From assembly GCA_963727775.1 (NCBI GenBank), contig CAVSHB010000002.1, forward strand, positions 512,001-576,000: DNA of 64,000 nt, written 5' to 3'. The DNA is from an uncultured Nitrospiraceae bacterium. GTDB taxonomy: Bacteria; Nitrospirota; Thermodesulfovibrionia; Thermodesulfovibrionales; SM23-35. The translations under genes were made by a program, and so were the position numbers. Numbering within the stretch: position 1 is the first letter of the stretch; each line of letters starts with the position of its first letter. Below are positions 41,204 to 50,366 of this stretch, one piece after another. The notes under the pieces are model-generated. The model was not told where the DNA came from, searched no databases, and saw only the letters and a list, made by a program, of their open reading frames with translations.

Positions 41204-42567
41204 GCATGCAAGGCGCAATAAAGATATTAATTGTGGATGACGAAAGGGTAGCTCTCAAAAACCTTGAGCATGTTATGAAAAAAGAGGGTTATGACGTGAC
41301 AGGGACTGAAAGCGGGCAGAACGCCCTGAAGCTCCTTGAAGACCGGCAATTTGAAGTTGTGCTTACTGATTTGCGGATGGAAAAGGTCGACGGGATGCAG
41401 ATACTGAAAAAATGCCGTGAGCTTTATCCTGACGCCGAGGTGATAATGATAACCGGTTATGCAACGCTTGAGACCGCAGTCGAAGCCATGAAGAAAGGCG
41501 CTTTCCACTACGTTGCAAAGCCGTTCAAACTGGACGTGGTACGAAACGTCGTCAAGGAAGCCGTTGAGAAAGTGAGACTAAAGATGGAAAACAGGCTACT
41601 CAGGGAGCAGATAGAAACTTATCAGGGAAAGGTAAAGATTATCACACAGGACGGTAATATGCAGAGGCTTCTTGATACTGCAAGGCAGATCGCGCCTACC
41701 GATTGCAATGTCCTCCTCAGCGGCGAAAGCGGCACCGGAAAAGAGTTGTTTGCAAAGTATATCCATTTGAACAGCAGCCGCACGGAAGGGCCTTTTTTTG
41801 CCATAAATTGCGGGGCGTTCACAGAGGAGCTTCTGTCTAATGAACTCTTCGGCCATGAAAAGGGCGCTTTTACCGGAGCGATGAGCATGAAGCGCGGGTT
41901 GGTTGAAATGGCGTCAGGCGGTACATTGTTTCTTGATGAAATAACCGAAATGCCGCCTTCAATGCAGGTAAAACTTCTGAGAGTCATTCAGGAAAAGGAA
42001 GTCCTGAGGGTCGGCGGAACAGAATCCTTAAAGGTAGATGTCAGATTTATTGCGGCAAGCAACAGGGACATTCATGACGCTATAAAGAACGGAAGGTTCC
42101 GGCAGGACCTATATTTCAGACTGAATGTCGTTTCCCTGCATATTCCGCCTTTGTCGGAAAGAAGGGACGATATCCCGCTCTTGAGCTATTATTTCCTGAA
42201 GAAATATGCGGCCGTAATGAAAAAAGATGTTACCGAGATATCCGAGGACGCAATGGGTCTGCTCATGAATTATGATCTGCCCGGCAACGTCAGGGAGCTT
42301 GAAAATATCATTGAAAGAGGAGTTGCCCTTGCCAACGGGAGAACCATAGAGATAGCCCATCTGCCCGAAGACCTGAGAGAACTGAGGATACAGACATTCA
42401 GAAAGAAGGAAGGCAAGATCCCTTCCCTTGAAGACCAGGAGACGGCCTACATAAAATGGGTCTTAAATGAGGTCGGCGGCAATAAAACCATCGCGGCCCA
42501 GATATTGGGAATAGACAGGGTATCACTCTGGAGGAAGCTCAAGAAATACGGACTGGACCCTGAATGA
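41200..42567 (+). CDS. Sigma-54-dependent response regulator (NtrC family)
   Basis: REC, GESGTGKE, GAFTGA, PGNVRELEN, Fis HTH; overlaps the kinase stop. Confidence 0.95.
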   Translation: MSMQGAIKILIVDDERVALKNLEHVMKKEGYDVTGTESGQNALKLLEDRQFEVVLTDLRMEKVDGMQILKKCRELYPDAEVIMITGYATLETAVEAMKKGAFHYVAKPFKLDVVRNVVKEAVEKVRLKMENRLLREQIETYQGKVKIITQDGNMQRLLDTARQIAPTDCNVLLSGESGTGKELFAKYIHLNSSRTEGPFFAINCGAFTEELLSNELFGHEKGAFTGAMSMKRGLVEMASGGTLFLDEITEMPPSMQVKLLRVIQEKEVLRVGGTESLKVDVRFIAASNRDIHDAIKNGRFRQDLYFRLNVVSLHIPPLSERRDDIPLLSYYFLKKYAAVMKKDVTEISEDAMGLLMNYDLPGNVRELENIIERGVALANGRTIEIAHLPEDLRELRIQTFRKKEGKIPSLEDQETAYIKWVLNEVGGNKTIAAQILGIDRVSLWRKLKKYGLDPE

Positions 42568-42590
42568 AGCAACGACCTGCCCCGGGCGTT

Positions 42591-44405
42591 TTACATATCC
42601 ACCCTTGTCATGACCCCGTGGAGTTTATATGGCGGCAGTTTGTAGAATTGAACGAACGCCGGGGTGAGCTTCTTGATAAACGAGAATATTTTCCAGACCG
42701 GATTTTCCGTCACGATGTCCTCAAGCCCGTAAAAAATCGTCTTTTCGTCGATCCCTGATTCCTTCAGGAGATCTTCAATATCAGGCACCTCCATATACCC
42801 CACCTGAATTTCGAATACCCGCAAGCCGTGCCCGGGGTCTTCTTTAAAAAAGCCTGTCAGACCAAAGGGATCATCCCGCTTTATTATGGAAACCATGATA
42901 TTTTCTTCATAAAGGATATTATTTACGAACATGCTTCGTATCATAAAAGGAGGTATCTCATTGGGATCCTTCAGAAAAAAGAGGGAAACCCCTCTTAATT
43001 TAGGCATGGTTTTGTAAGCAAGATTGTATCTTTCAAGAAAGTTATGAAGCGGCACGGGTTTCAATATTTTATAAAGCCTTTTTTGGCCGCTGGTATAAAT
43101 GATAACGGTGATGAAAGGGAAGGCCCCGATGATAATCGACCAGTAACCCCCGTGAGGTATCTTGTAAAAATTCGACACGAGGAACGCAATATCTACGCAC
43201 GTGACGAGAAATGATGCAATGGCCAGTCCGTTTTTCCTCTTCAGGTGAAAAATCCATGTCATCATGATTCCCGTGAGGGTCATTGTTCCGGTGACCGCCA
43301 AACCGTAGGCGGCGGCAAGCCGGCTGGATTCCCTGAATTCAACCATAATAAACAAAACGGATATGAGAAGAAACCAGTTAACAAAACCTATGTAAATCTG
43401 TGACCTCAATTCGGTGGATGTATAGTCGATCTTGAAAAGCGGCATTATATGGGTGGTTATCCCCTGGTAAACAATCGAGAACATCCCGCTGATCATGGCC
43501 TGAGAGGCTATCACAGTCGCAATAATACTGAGGACCAGGAAGGGTATATACAGTGTCCGGGTGGTATGGAATATCATTTCAAAAAGGACATTCTTAGAAG
43601 CAGGGTGCCCGATGAGGAACGCTCCCTGTCCGAGATAATTGATCAAAAGGGCAACAAATACAAGATACCATGCATGGATGATGGGCTTCCGTCCCAAATG
43701 TCCCATATCGGCATATAACGCCTCACCTCCTGTTGCACAGAGTATGACTTCAGAAAGCACAAAAAATCCTGTGAGGCCGTTTTCATAAAGAAATCTTAAG
43801 GCATAGTATGGGTTTATAGCCCGTATCACAACCGGGGAATCAGCGATTGACATTAAGCCGGAGACAGACAAAGATGTAAACCAAACCAGCATCAAAGGTC
43901 CGAACGCCCAGGACACTTTCTCTGTGCCCTTTTTCTGGAAGGAGAACAGCACTATTGCAATTATCCCGGCGGCAAGAATAAGTAATTCCTGTTTTGTGCC
44001 TTCCAGTCCGGGGATTAAGAGTGATCCCTCAACGGCGCTCAGGATACTGATGGCAGGCGTAATTACACCATCGCCGATGAGCAGGGATATGCCGATAAAA
44101 GAAAGAAAAGATACAAATGCCGCCTTCCTGCCTGACTTGAGCAACGGCACAAGTATTTCCTTAAGGACTATGGTGCCACCCTCACCCTTTTTCCCGAGGC
44201 TCATTGCAAGCCATGCGTACTCAACAGTGACGAGTATTACAAGGGTCCATACTATAAGGGAAAGGACCCCCATTACATGGGCTTCAGTAGGCTTTGTGAG
44301 GAGAAAGATAACCGTCAGTGTATAGATCGGGCTGGTTCCGATATCACCGAAGACAAGGCCAAGGGATTTTATTATTCCTCTGAAAGAAGGCTCTTTGCTG
44401 ATCAT
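42591..44405 (-). CDS. kup: KUP/HAK/KT potassium transporter
   Basis: GDIGTSPIY, GEGG, GDGVITPAIS, EALYADMGHLG, AAAYGLAVTG. Confidence 0.95.
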   Translation of the reverse strand: MISKEPSFRGIIKSLGLVFGDIGTSPIYTLTVIFLLTKPTEAHVMGVLSLIVWTLVILVTVEYAWLAMSLGKKGEGGTIVLKEILVPLLKSGRKAAFVSFLSFIGISLLIGDGVITPAISILSAVEGSLLIPGLEGTKQELLILAAGIIAIVLFSFQKKGTEKVSWAFGPLMLVWFTSLSVSGLMSIADSPVVIRAINPYYALRFLYENGLTGFFVLSEVILCATGGEALYADMGHLGRKPIIHAWYLVFVALLINYLGQGAFLIGHPASKNVLFEMIFHTTRTLYIPFLVLSIIATVIASQAMISGMFSIVYQGITTHIMPLFKIDYTSTELRSQIYIGFVNWFLLISVLFIMVEFRESSRLAAAYGLAVTGTMTLTGIMMTWIFHLKRKNGLAIASFLVTCVDIAFLVSNFYKIPHGGYWSIIIGAFPFITVIIYTSGQKRLYKILKPVPLHNFLERYNLAYKTMPKLRGVSLFFLKDPNEIPPFMIRSMFVNNILYEENIMVSIIKRDDPFGLTGFFKEDPGHGLRVFEIQVGYMEVPDIEDLLKESGIDEKTIFYGLEDIVTENPVWKIFSFIKKLTPAFVQFYKLPPYKLHGVMTRVDM

Positions 44406-44423
44406 ATTTTAAATCTGCAAACT

Positions 44424-44453
44424 AAAAGGTAGTGGGATTTCCCACTACCTTTT
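44424..44453. terminator. Bidirectional intrinsic terminator between hup and kup
   Basis: aaaaggtagtggga / tcccactacctttt perfect inverted repeat. Confidence 0.7.
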
Positions 44454-44497
44454 GCAATTCCAGAAAAGGACGAATACCAGGCTAATACAAAAAGGCA

Positions 44498-44770
44498 TTA
44501 CTTAACAGCGTCTTTAAAAGCCTTCCCCGCAGAGAACTTGGGGACCTTGGCAGCTTTAATGGTGATTGTTTCGCCCGTCCTCGGGTTTCTTCCCTTCCGG
44601 GCTTTTCTCTTTGAGAGAGAGAATGTGCCGAAACCGACGAGAGCAACTTTGTTCCCTTTCTTCACGGATTTCTCAACCCCGTCGATGAAAGAGTCCAGCG
44701 CTTCTCCTGCAACAGCCTTTGAAATCCCTGCATCCTTAGCCATTTTTTCTATCAGGTCAGCTTTTGTCAT
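44498..44770 (-). CDS. hup: DNA-binding protein HU
   Basis: [30 protein letters not shown] before ATG 44770. Confidence 0.97.
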   Translation of the reverse strand: MTKADLIEKMAKDAGISKAVAGEALDSFIDGVEKSVKKGNKVALVGFGTFSLSKRKARKGRNPRTGETITIKAAKVPKFSAGKAFKDAVK

Positions 44771-44949
44771 AAATACCTCCTCTAAATATTTTTTTAAGTA
44801 TACACGATTATTCATTTAATGAAAATACTTTTTAGTATACGGAAAAGATTTTCCCGATAAAAAAATATTTTGGATGGAGGTGGGCAGCCAGTAGGGAGGG
44901 GCCTGACTGGCTGCCGGAAAGATGCAGAAAGCTTGTTCTTTCACTTTTT

Positions 44950-45003
44950 AGAATATAAGAAAAATATGAAGAAATGACGAAGAAAATATGAAGAAATTAT
45001 GAA
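44950..45003 (-). promoter_or_regulatory. Four 11-bp-spaced direct repeats (OmpR/PhoB-type box) adjacent to a -10 element
   Basis: tatgaa at 44965, 44987, 44998 and gacgaa at 44976; minus-strand TATTCT at 44950-44955. Confidence 0.5.
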
Positions 45004-45062
45004 TGTCCTGTTTAAGGCTGCCTCAGCAAATTACTGGCTTTGTAACGATTACCTTTGCCGGG

Positions 45063-46085
45063 TCATATCAATTCATTACTCACTAATTCATCTTTCAGAT
45101 AGGCATAGTAAATCGGCGCGGCAATTAGACCCGGTATTCCGAAGGCTGCTTCCATTATGACCATGGCCAATAGGAGTTCCCATGCTTTAGATTTTATCCT
45201 TGAACCGACAATTTTGGCATTCAGGAAGTATTCGAATTTGTGGATAACAATCAAGAATACAAGCGAAGATATCACAATATTCAATGAATGGCTGAAGCTT
45301 ACTATAACGATTATTGTATTAGAGATCAGGTTTCCGATTACCGGAAGCAGCCCTGCAATAAAAGTGATTACTATCAAGGTCTTGGCAAAAGGCAAATGAA
45401 CGCCGAACAAAGGCAATATGATGGCGAGGTAGGTTAGGGTGAATAAAGTATTAATGGCCGAGATGCGCACCTGGGAAAAGACAATACGTCGAAAAGCCGC
45501 ACATAGCCGGTACATGCGGTCTGTCAGTGCCCGTGACAGGGGACGATATTCATGCGCCGGCCGGACTTCGTTAAGCGCTATTAAAGCGCCTATGATCATT
45601 CCGACAAAGATGTGCGCAGTAATCCGCACTGCTTCTTTTCCCACTAACTGCAATTCTCCCGCGTGTTGGCGCAGCCATGATGCAACTGCGGTCTTCAGTC
45701 CATCCGCGTCGGGAGGCAGGTATCCTATAGCCCATACCGGCAGGCTTCTCAAAGATCCTTCGACGATATCTGCCATTTTCTGAAATAAAGACGACAAATT
45801 ACCGCTTCCCCTCAGGAAAATAATGACGCCGAAAACCAAGAAGGACAAGCCAGCGATGACGATGGAGGCGAGTAGCGTTACAATTACGATTTTCGACCTG
45901 TATCCGCTCATGCCCTTAAAGTTGAGGAACGGTGAAAAAATGTGGACAAGTTCAAATACGAGAAGTCCGGCCAACAGCGCAGGCAATAAATGCATCCTGA
46001 GCGCCGATAGTAGGGATACAGCTACAATCAGATAGGCAGCGGTTTCATAGGCCGAGATATGAGATCTGGTAATATCTTTATTCAT
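45063..46085 (-). CDS. AI-2E family transporter
   Basis: Multi-TM; LLPVIGN, EYFLNAKIVG, FGIPGLIAAP. Confidence 0.8.
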   Translation of the reverse strand: MNKDITRSHISAYETAAYLIVAVSLLSALRMHLLPALLAGLLVFELVHIFSPFLNFKGMSGYRSKIVIVTLLASIVIAGLSFLVFGVIIFLRGSGNLSSLFQKMADIVEGSLRSLPVWAIGYLPPDADGLKTAVASWLRQHAGELQLVGKEAVRITAHIFVGMIIGALIALNEVRPAHEYRPLSRALTDRMYRLCAAFRRIVFSQVRISAINTLFTLTYLAIILPLFGVHLPFAKTLIVITFIAGLLPVIGNLISNTIIVIVSFSHSLNIVISSLVFLIVIHKFEYFLNAKIVGSRIKSKAWELLLAMVIMEAAFGIPGLIAAPIYYAYLKDELVSNELI

Positions 46086-46249
46086 TTCTTACAGACAACT
46101 TAGTTATTCGCTTTTTTGTTAAGTATATCATACGGCCAAATTACAATAAGCAAACAATAAATATGGTGCAGTTCCCAAAAGTTATGATATACTTTTATCA
46201 ATTGCAAAAAGGAAAAATTCATATTTATTCATTAAAAGGGGGTTTTACG

Positions 46250-46651
46250 ATGAAGACGCAAAGGTTGCCGGTTATGATGTTTTTCATTATTTTTATGTTT
46301 TTTGTAACGAGTGTATGTTATGGCTTTGACAAGCCGCAGCTGGAAAAATTCCTGAAAACCAAGAAATGTCAGAAATGCGATCTGAGCGGGGCGGATTTGA
46401 GCGGGAGGAACTTGAACGGAGCGAACCTTAATGGCGCTAATCTGGCCAGTGCGGACTTGACAGGCACAAAACTACAGGGCGCGGATTTGGCCGGTACTGA
46501 TATGACCCTGGCGAACCTGGCTAGGGCAAACCTGACAAAGGCGAAGTTGAATAAGGCGAATCTGGCTGGGGCGAATCTGGCCGGCGCAGTATGGACGGAT
46601 GGGAAAAAGTGTAAAGAGCGTTCTGTCGGGATGTGTAAATCAAGAAGGTGA
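46250..46651 (+). CDS. Exported pentapeptide-repeat protein
   Basis: Signal peptide, CQKCDLSGADL then A(N/D)L-x-x repeats, WTDG-x-x-C end; GGGGG RBS before ATG 46250. Confidence 0.9.
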   Translation: MKTQRLPVMMFFIIFMFFVTSVCYGFDKPQLEKFLKTKKCQKCDLSGADLSGRNLNGANLNGANLASADLTGTKLQGADLAGTDMTLANLARANLTKAKLNKANLAGANLAGAVWTDGKKCKERSVGMCKSRR

Positions 46652-47545
46652 TTCAGACCTCCTGCCGATTTCTCCCATTCTGCATACCTCGCCTTCATAT
46701 TCGATTTCGACCGTACTATGGGTGAAATCCATCGCATCGGTCAATAATCTTATTGCGCATTTTGTATCAAGCATGTCGTCCTTCGATGCCTTTCCGTCTA
46801 TGACCACATGGGTCGTCAGTACGTGATGTATGCCGTCCAGAGACCAGACATTCGTATGATGCACGGATTTCACCTTGTCTATTGACAGCAGTCTGCTCTC
46901 CACTTCCTCTATATTAATATTTTCAGGAACGGCTTGCAGGAAAACGGACAATGTTCTTTTCATGTTCCCAGCCACATTATACAGGACATAAGATGCGATC
47001 AATATGGACAGTACCGGGTCAAGCACAGGTATATTTTTGAACAATAATGTAATGCCGACAACCAGTACCGCTACCCATCCCAGTACATCTTCCACAAAAT
47101 GCCAGATAACGACACGGGCAACAAATGTTTTCCCGCCTCTCAATCGTAAAGCCGCCAGACCATTCACAATGATCCCGACAACCGCGAAAACCAACAGGCC
47201 TTCAACTTTGGAATGTTCCGGGCGAACAAGTCTCGGGATGGCTTCAGACAAAATGAAAAGCGAGCCGCCGATCAGAATGATCGTATTGACCAATGCAGCC
47301 AATAACGAAAATCGCTGGTATCCATAAGAAAATAATCTGTCTTTTCTTTTCTTTGAATACTTCTCAAGATACCACGACAAGCCGAGGGAAAGACTGTCTC
47401 CGACATCGTGCAAGGCGTTTGAGAGGATCGCCAGGCTGTTTGTCCAGAAGCCGCCTGAAATCTCGAATAGCGTAAAGACAAGATTCAGGAAAAAAGCCGC
47501 CCTGATATTATTATTGTCGTTATGCTGTGAATGTGCGTGGGCCAT
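46640..47545 (-). CDS. Cation diffusion facilitator (CzcD-like)
   Basis: His-containing N-terminus, ALHDVGD, SYGY-x-R, HFVED, HHTNVWSLDG. Confidence 0.9.
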   Translation of the reverse strand: MAHAHSQHNDNNNIRAAFFLNLVFTLFEISGGFWTNSLAILSNALHDVGDSLSLGLSWYLEKYSKKRKDRLFSYGYQRFSLLAALVNTIILIGGSLFILSEAIPRLVRPEHSKVEGLLVFAVVGIIVNGLAALRLRGGKTFVARVVIWHFVEDVLGWVAVLVVGITLLFKNIPVLDPVLSILIASYVLYNVAGNMKRTLSVFLQAVPENINIEEVESRLLSIDKVKSVHHTNVWSLDGIHHVLTTHVVIDGKASKDDMLDTKCAIRLLTDAMDFTHSTVEIEYEGEVCRMGEIGRRSESPS

Positions 47546-47565
47546 CTTTTGTTTTAAGGCGGTCG

Positions 47566-50268
47566 CTACAGATCAAGGACTACTTTTACAGCATCTTCAT
47601 CTGAAGATTCTTTCTTAAATCCCATTTTCTCAGCACTATGCAACATTCTCGCGTTGATCTGCAGGATTTCCATGTACATCTTCTTTATCCCTAATTCTTT
47701 GGCTATTTTCAGACAGTGCAAGCAAAGCGCTTTGCCGATACCCTGTCCCTGCCACTGGTCTCCGACTACAACGGCCATTTCAGCGCTCTCGAGATCGGGG
47801 AGCCTGCTCATCCTTACCTCGCCTATCATTCGTTCACGTCCGCCGTTTCTCATGATTGCCACGAAAGAAAGCTCCCTGTCGTAATCTACATGACAAAATC
47901 TCGTCAACTGTTCATGCGACATTTCAGATATCTTGCGGAAGAACCTCATCATAAGGGTTTGTTCAGAGGAGGTCTTTAATAACTCTTCCATGAGGGGTTC
48001 GTCCTCAGGACGGATAGGCCTTATGACTGCCGCGGGTCCTTCTCTTAATTTGAAGATATCGATATATTGGTCCGGATAGGGGCATATGGAAAGATGAGGG
48101 GGACAGAAAGCTCCTCTCACAGGCACGAAACCTTCAAGGACATCCGCCTCAAGTATGATATTGGCGTCCAGCACAAACCCGTCCTCACTCGAAATAAAGA
48201 AAGGATTTATATCTATTTCCTTGATGTGCGGGAAATGGATAATCAGGTGCGAAAACCGCACGAGGATTTCTTCCAGATATCTCAAATTACTCTCGAAGTC
48301 CTTCTGTTTCATAAGGTGCTTGTAGATTTTTGTCTTGTTCATCATACGCCTTGCCAATATCTGGTTCAACGGCGGGAGTCCTATCGAATAATCCTCTACC
48401 GCCTCAAGGAGCACCCCGCCGGTCCCGAACACTATTACCGAACCGAAAGTAGGGTCCTTTTTAGCGCCGATTACAATTTCATATCCGCGTTTTATAACCA
48501 TCGGCTGAATGATCACCTGTGCCTTCGGATCATCTAATGAGGAGGCCAGTTCTTTCAACTGCCGGAACGCGTCCTTTACCGAATCCCGGTCTCTCAGGTT
48601 TAACGCGACTCCACCCGATTCAGTCTTATGCAGGATTTTCTGTGAGTCTATCTTCAAAACAACGGGATACCCTATAAAATCTGCGATCTCAATCGCTTCT
48701 TCATGGCTTTGGACGACCTTCGTGGGGATTACCGGTATGCCGTATGACAAGAGTATGTCTTTGACCTCGTTTAAATTCAGGAGGAGCCTTTGCTCTTCCG
48801 ATGCCTTTTTTATGATCTCCTCAGCCCTGTCCTCATCCGGCTCGAAGTCTTTGAGGATGACCTCGGGGGTCTCGAGGAGGAGCCGCAAGTTGTAGTCATA
48901 CCGGTACATGTATATGAAGCTCTTCACCGCCTGCTCGGTCGATACGGAAGTCGGTATGCCCTGATCGCTGAGGAATTCTCTCGAAGGGATCACCCGTTCT
49001 CCACCCATCCATGTAGTAAATATCGGTTTGTAGGGGTATTCCCTGGCTGCAGAGGCCACCGCTTCCGCAATCTCTTTTGAATTAGACAGATAAGAGGGTG
49101 TATGGATAACAAGAACACTGTCCACCTGTTTGTCTTTTAAACAGCTTTTTACTGCTATTTCATAATCCTGGGGAGACGCCTCGATAAGGAGGTCAACAGG
49201 ATTCCGGGCCTGCTTTAAGTATTTAAAGTAAGACTGTAGAATATTAACTGTTTCCGGGCTTAAGGTTGCAAGCTCTCCGTCCAGCTGCAGGAGTGTGTCT
49301 ACGGCGATTATCGCGGGACCGCCTGAATTTGTAATAAGCGCGAGACGGTTCCCTTTGGGACGGCGCTGTTTGGATAAAGATTCGGCCAAATAAAACAGGT
49401 CAAGGGTTTCGTGAACTCTGATGGCGCCGGCCCTTTCGAAAGCCGCATCATAAACCTTATCTTCACCGGCCATATAGCCTGAGTGTGTTAGCGCTACATG
49501 GGCGGAGACATCGAATTTTCCGGACTTGATCACCATGATGGGTTTACTGGAAGCGAAACTTCTTACAGCGGTCATGAATCTGCGGCCGTTCTTTATGGAT
49601 TCGATATAGAGGATAATGGCCCTTGTTTCAGGATCAACACCCAAGAAATCGATGAGATCGGCGAGCTTAATGTCGATTTTGGCGCCTATGGAGATGAAAT
49701 GACTAAACCCGATGTTCTTGCTGACAGCCCAGTCCAGCAAAGCTGTTGAGAGTGTTGCGCTCTGTGCAATAAGCGCTATGTTGCCCTTCGGCGGAAGTTG
49801 CGGGAAAAGGCTGGCGTTCAGATTCAGGCTCGGCTTTATGAATCCCATGGAATCAGGTCCTAAAACCCTGAACCCGTACTTCCGGGATATCTGACTTATT
49901 GTTGTTATGAGCAGTTCTGAATTTTCGACCCTGTTCTTCAAATCAAAACAGAGTATGGACACGCCTTTCACGCCTTTGAGTCCGCAGTCTTCAAGCGCTT
50001 CGGGTATCTCCGGACAGGGCACCGCCAATATGGCCAAATCTATTTCACGCTGGATATCTGTAATCTTAGGATAAGCTTCAACCCCCTGTACGGCTTCCAT
50101 CCGGGGATTAACGGGATATACCGATCCTTTGAAGCCTTTCCCTAAAAGATTCTTAAATATGTAATAACCGATAGACGCCTTATCTTCATTTGCGCCTATA
50201 ACTGCAATTCTTCGGGGATTAAAGAAATATTCAAGGTTTTTTACCGACACAGTAAATCTCCTTATCAA
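47566..50268 (-). CDS. Acetate-CoA ligase-like / GNAT fusion (Pat/PatZ-type protein lysine acetyltransferase)
   Basis: CoA-binding N-terminus, ATP-grasp-like region (HK-x-x-x-GGV, DINP), C-terminal GNAT (IRPIRPED, DYDRE, WQGQGIG). Confidence 0.9.
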   Translation of the reverse strand: MIRRFTVSVKNLEYFFNPRRIAVIGANEDKASIGYYIFKNLLGKGFKGSVYPVNPRMEAVQGVEAYPKITDIQREIDLAILAVPCPEIPEALEDCGLKGVKGVSILCFDLKNRVENSELLITTISQISRKYGFRVLGPDSMGFIKPSLNLNASLFPQLPPKGNIALIAQSATLSTALLDWAVSKNIGFSHFISIGAKIDIKLADLIDFLGVDPETRAIILYIESIKNGRRFMTAVRSFASSKPIMVIKSGKFDVSAHVALTHSGYMAGEDKVYDAAFERAGAIRVHETLDLFYLAESLSKQRRPKGNRLALITNSGGPAIIAVDTLLQLDGELATLSPETVNILQSYFKYLKQARNPVDLLIEASPQDYEIAVKSCLKDKQVDSVLVIHTPSYLSNSKEIAEAVASAAREYPYKPIFTTWMGGERVIPSREFLSDQGIPTSVSTEQAVKSFIYMYRYDYNLRLLLETPEVILKDFEPDEDRAEEIIKKASEEQRLLLNLNEVKDILLSYGIPVIPTKVVQSHEEAIEIADFIGYPVVLKIDSQKILHKTESGGVALNLRDRDSVKDAFRQLKELASSLDDPKAQVIIQPMVIKRGYEIVIGAKKDPTFGSVIVFGTGGVLLEAVEDYSIGLPPLNQILARRMMNKTKIYKHLMKQKDFESNLRYLEEILVRFSHLIIHFPHIKEIDINPFFISSEDGFVLDANIILEADVLEGFVPVRGAFCPPHLSICPYPDQYIDIFKLREGPAAVIRPIRPEDEPLMEELLKTSSEQTLMMRFFRKISEMSHEQLTRFCHVDYDRELSFVAIMRNGGRERMIGEVRMSRLPDLESAEMAVVVGDQWQGQGIGKALCLHCLKIAKELGIKKMYMEILQINARMLHSAEKMGFKKESSDEDAVKVVLDL

Positions 50269-50330
50269 CGAACTTATATATTGTAACTTTAACGAAGCAA
50301 AAAATGCAGGTCAAAGAGGATAAGAAAAAT

Positions 50331-50358
50331 AGCAGGGGCCTATGTTTGGACCCCTGCT
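50331..50358 (-). terminator. Intrinsic terminator after acs
   Basis: agcagggg/cccctgct stem followed on the minus strand by ATTTTTCTT. Confidence 0.6.
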
Positions 50359-50366
50359 TAATTTGT

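Noticed and set aside
44424..44500. Riboswitch (e.g. c-di-AMP) upstream of kup
   Set aside because: The intergenic space is under 100 bp and shows only a simple symmetric hairpin, with no recognisable aptamer
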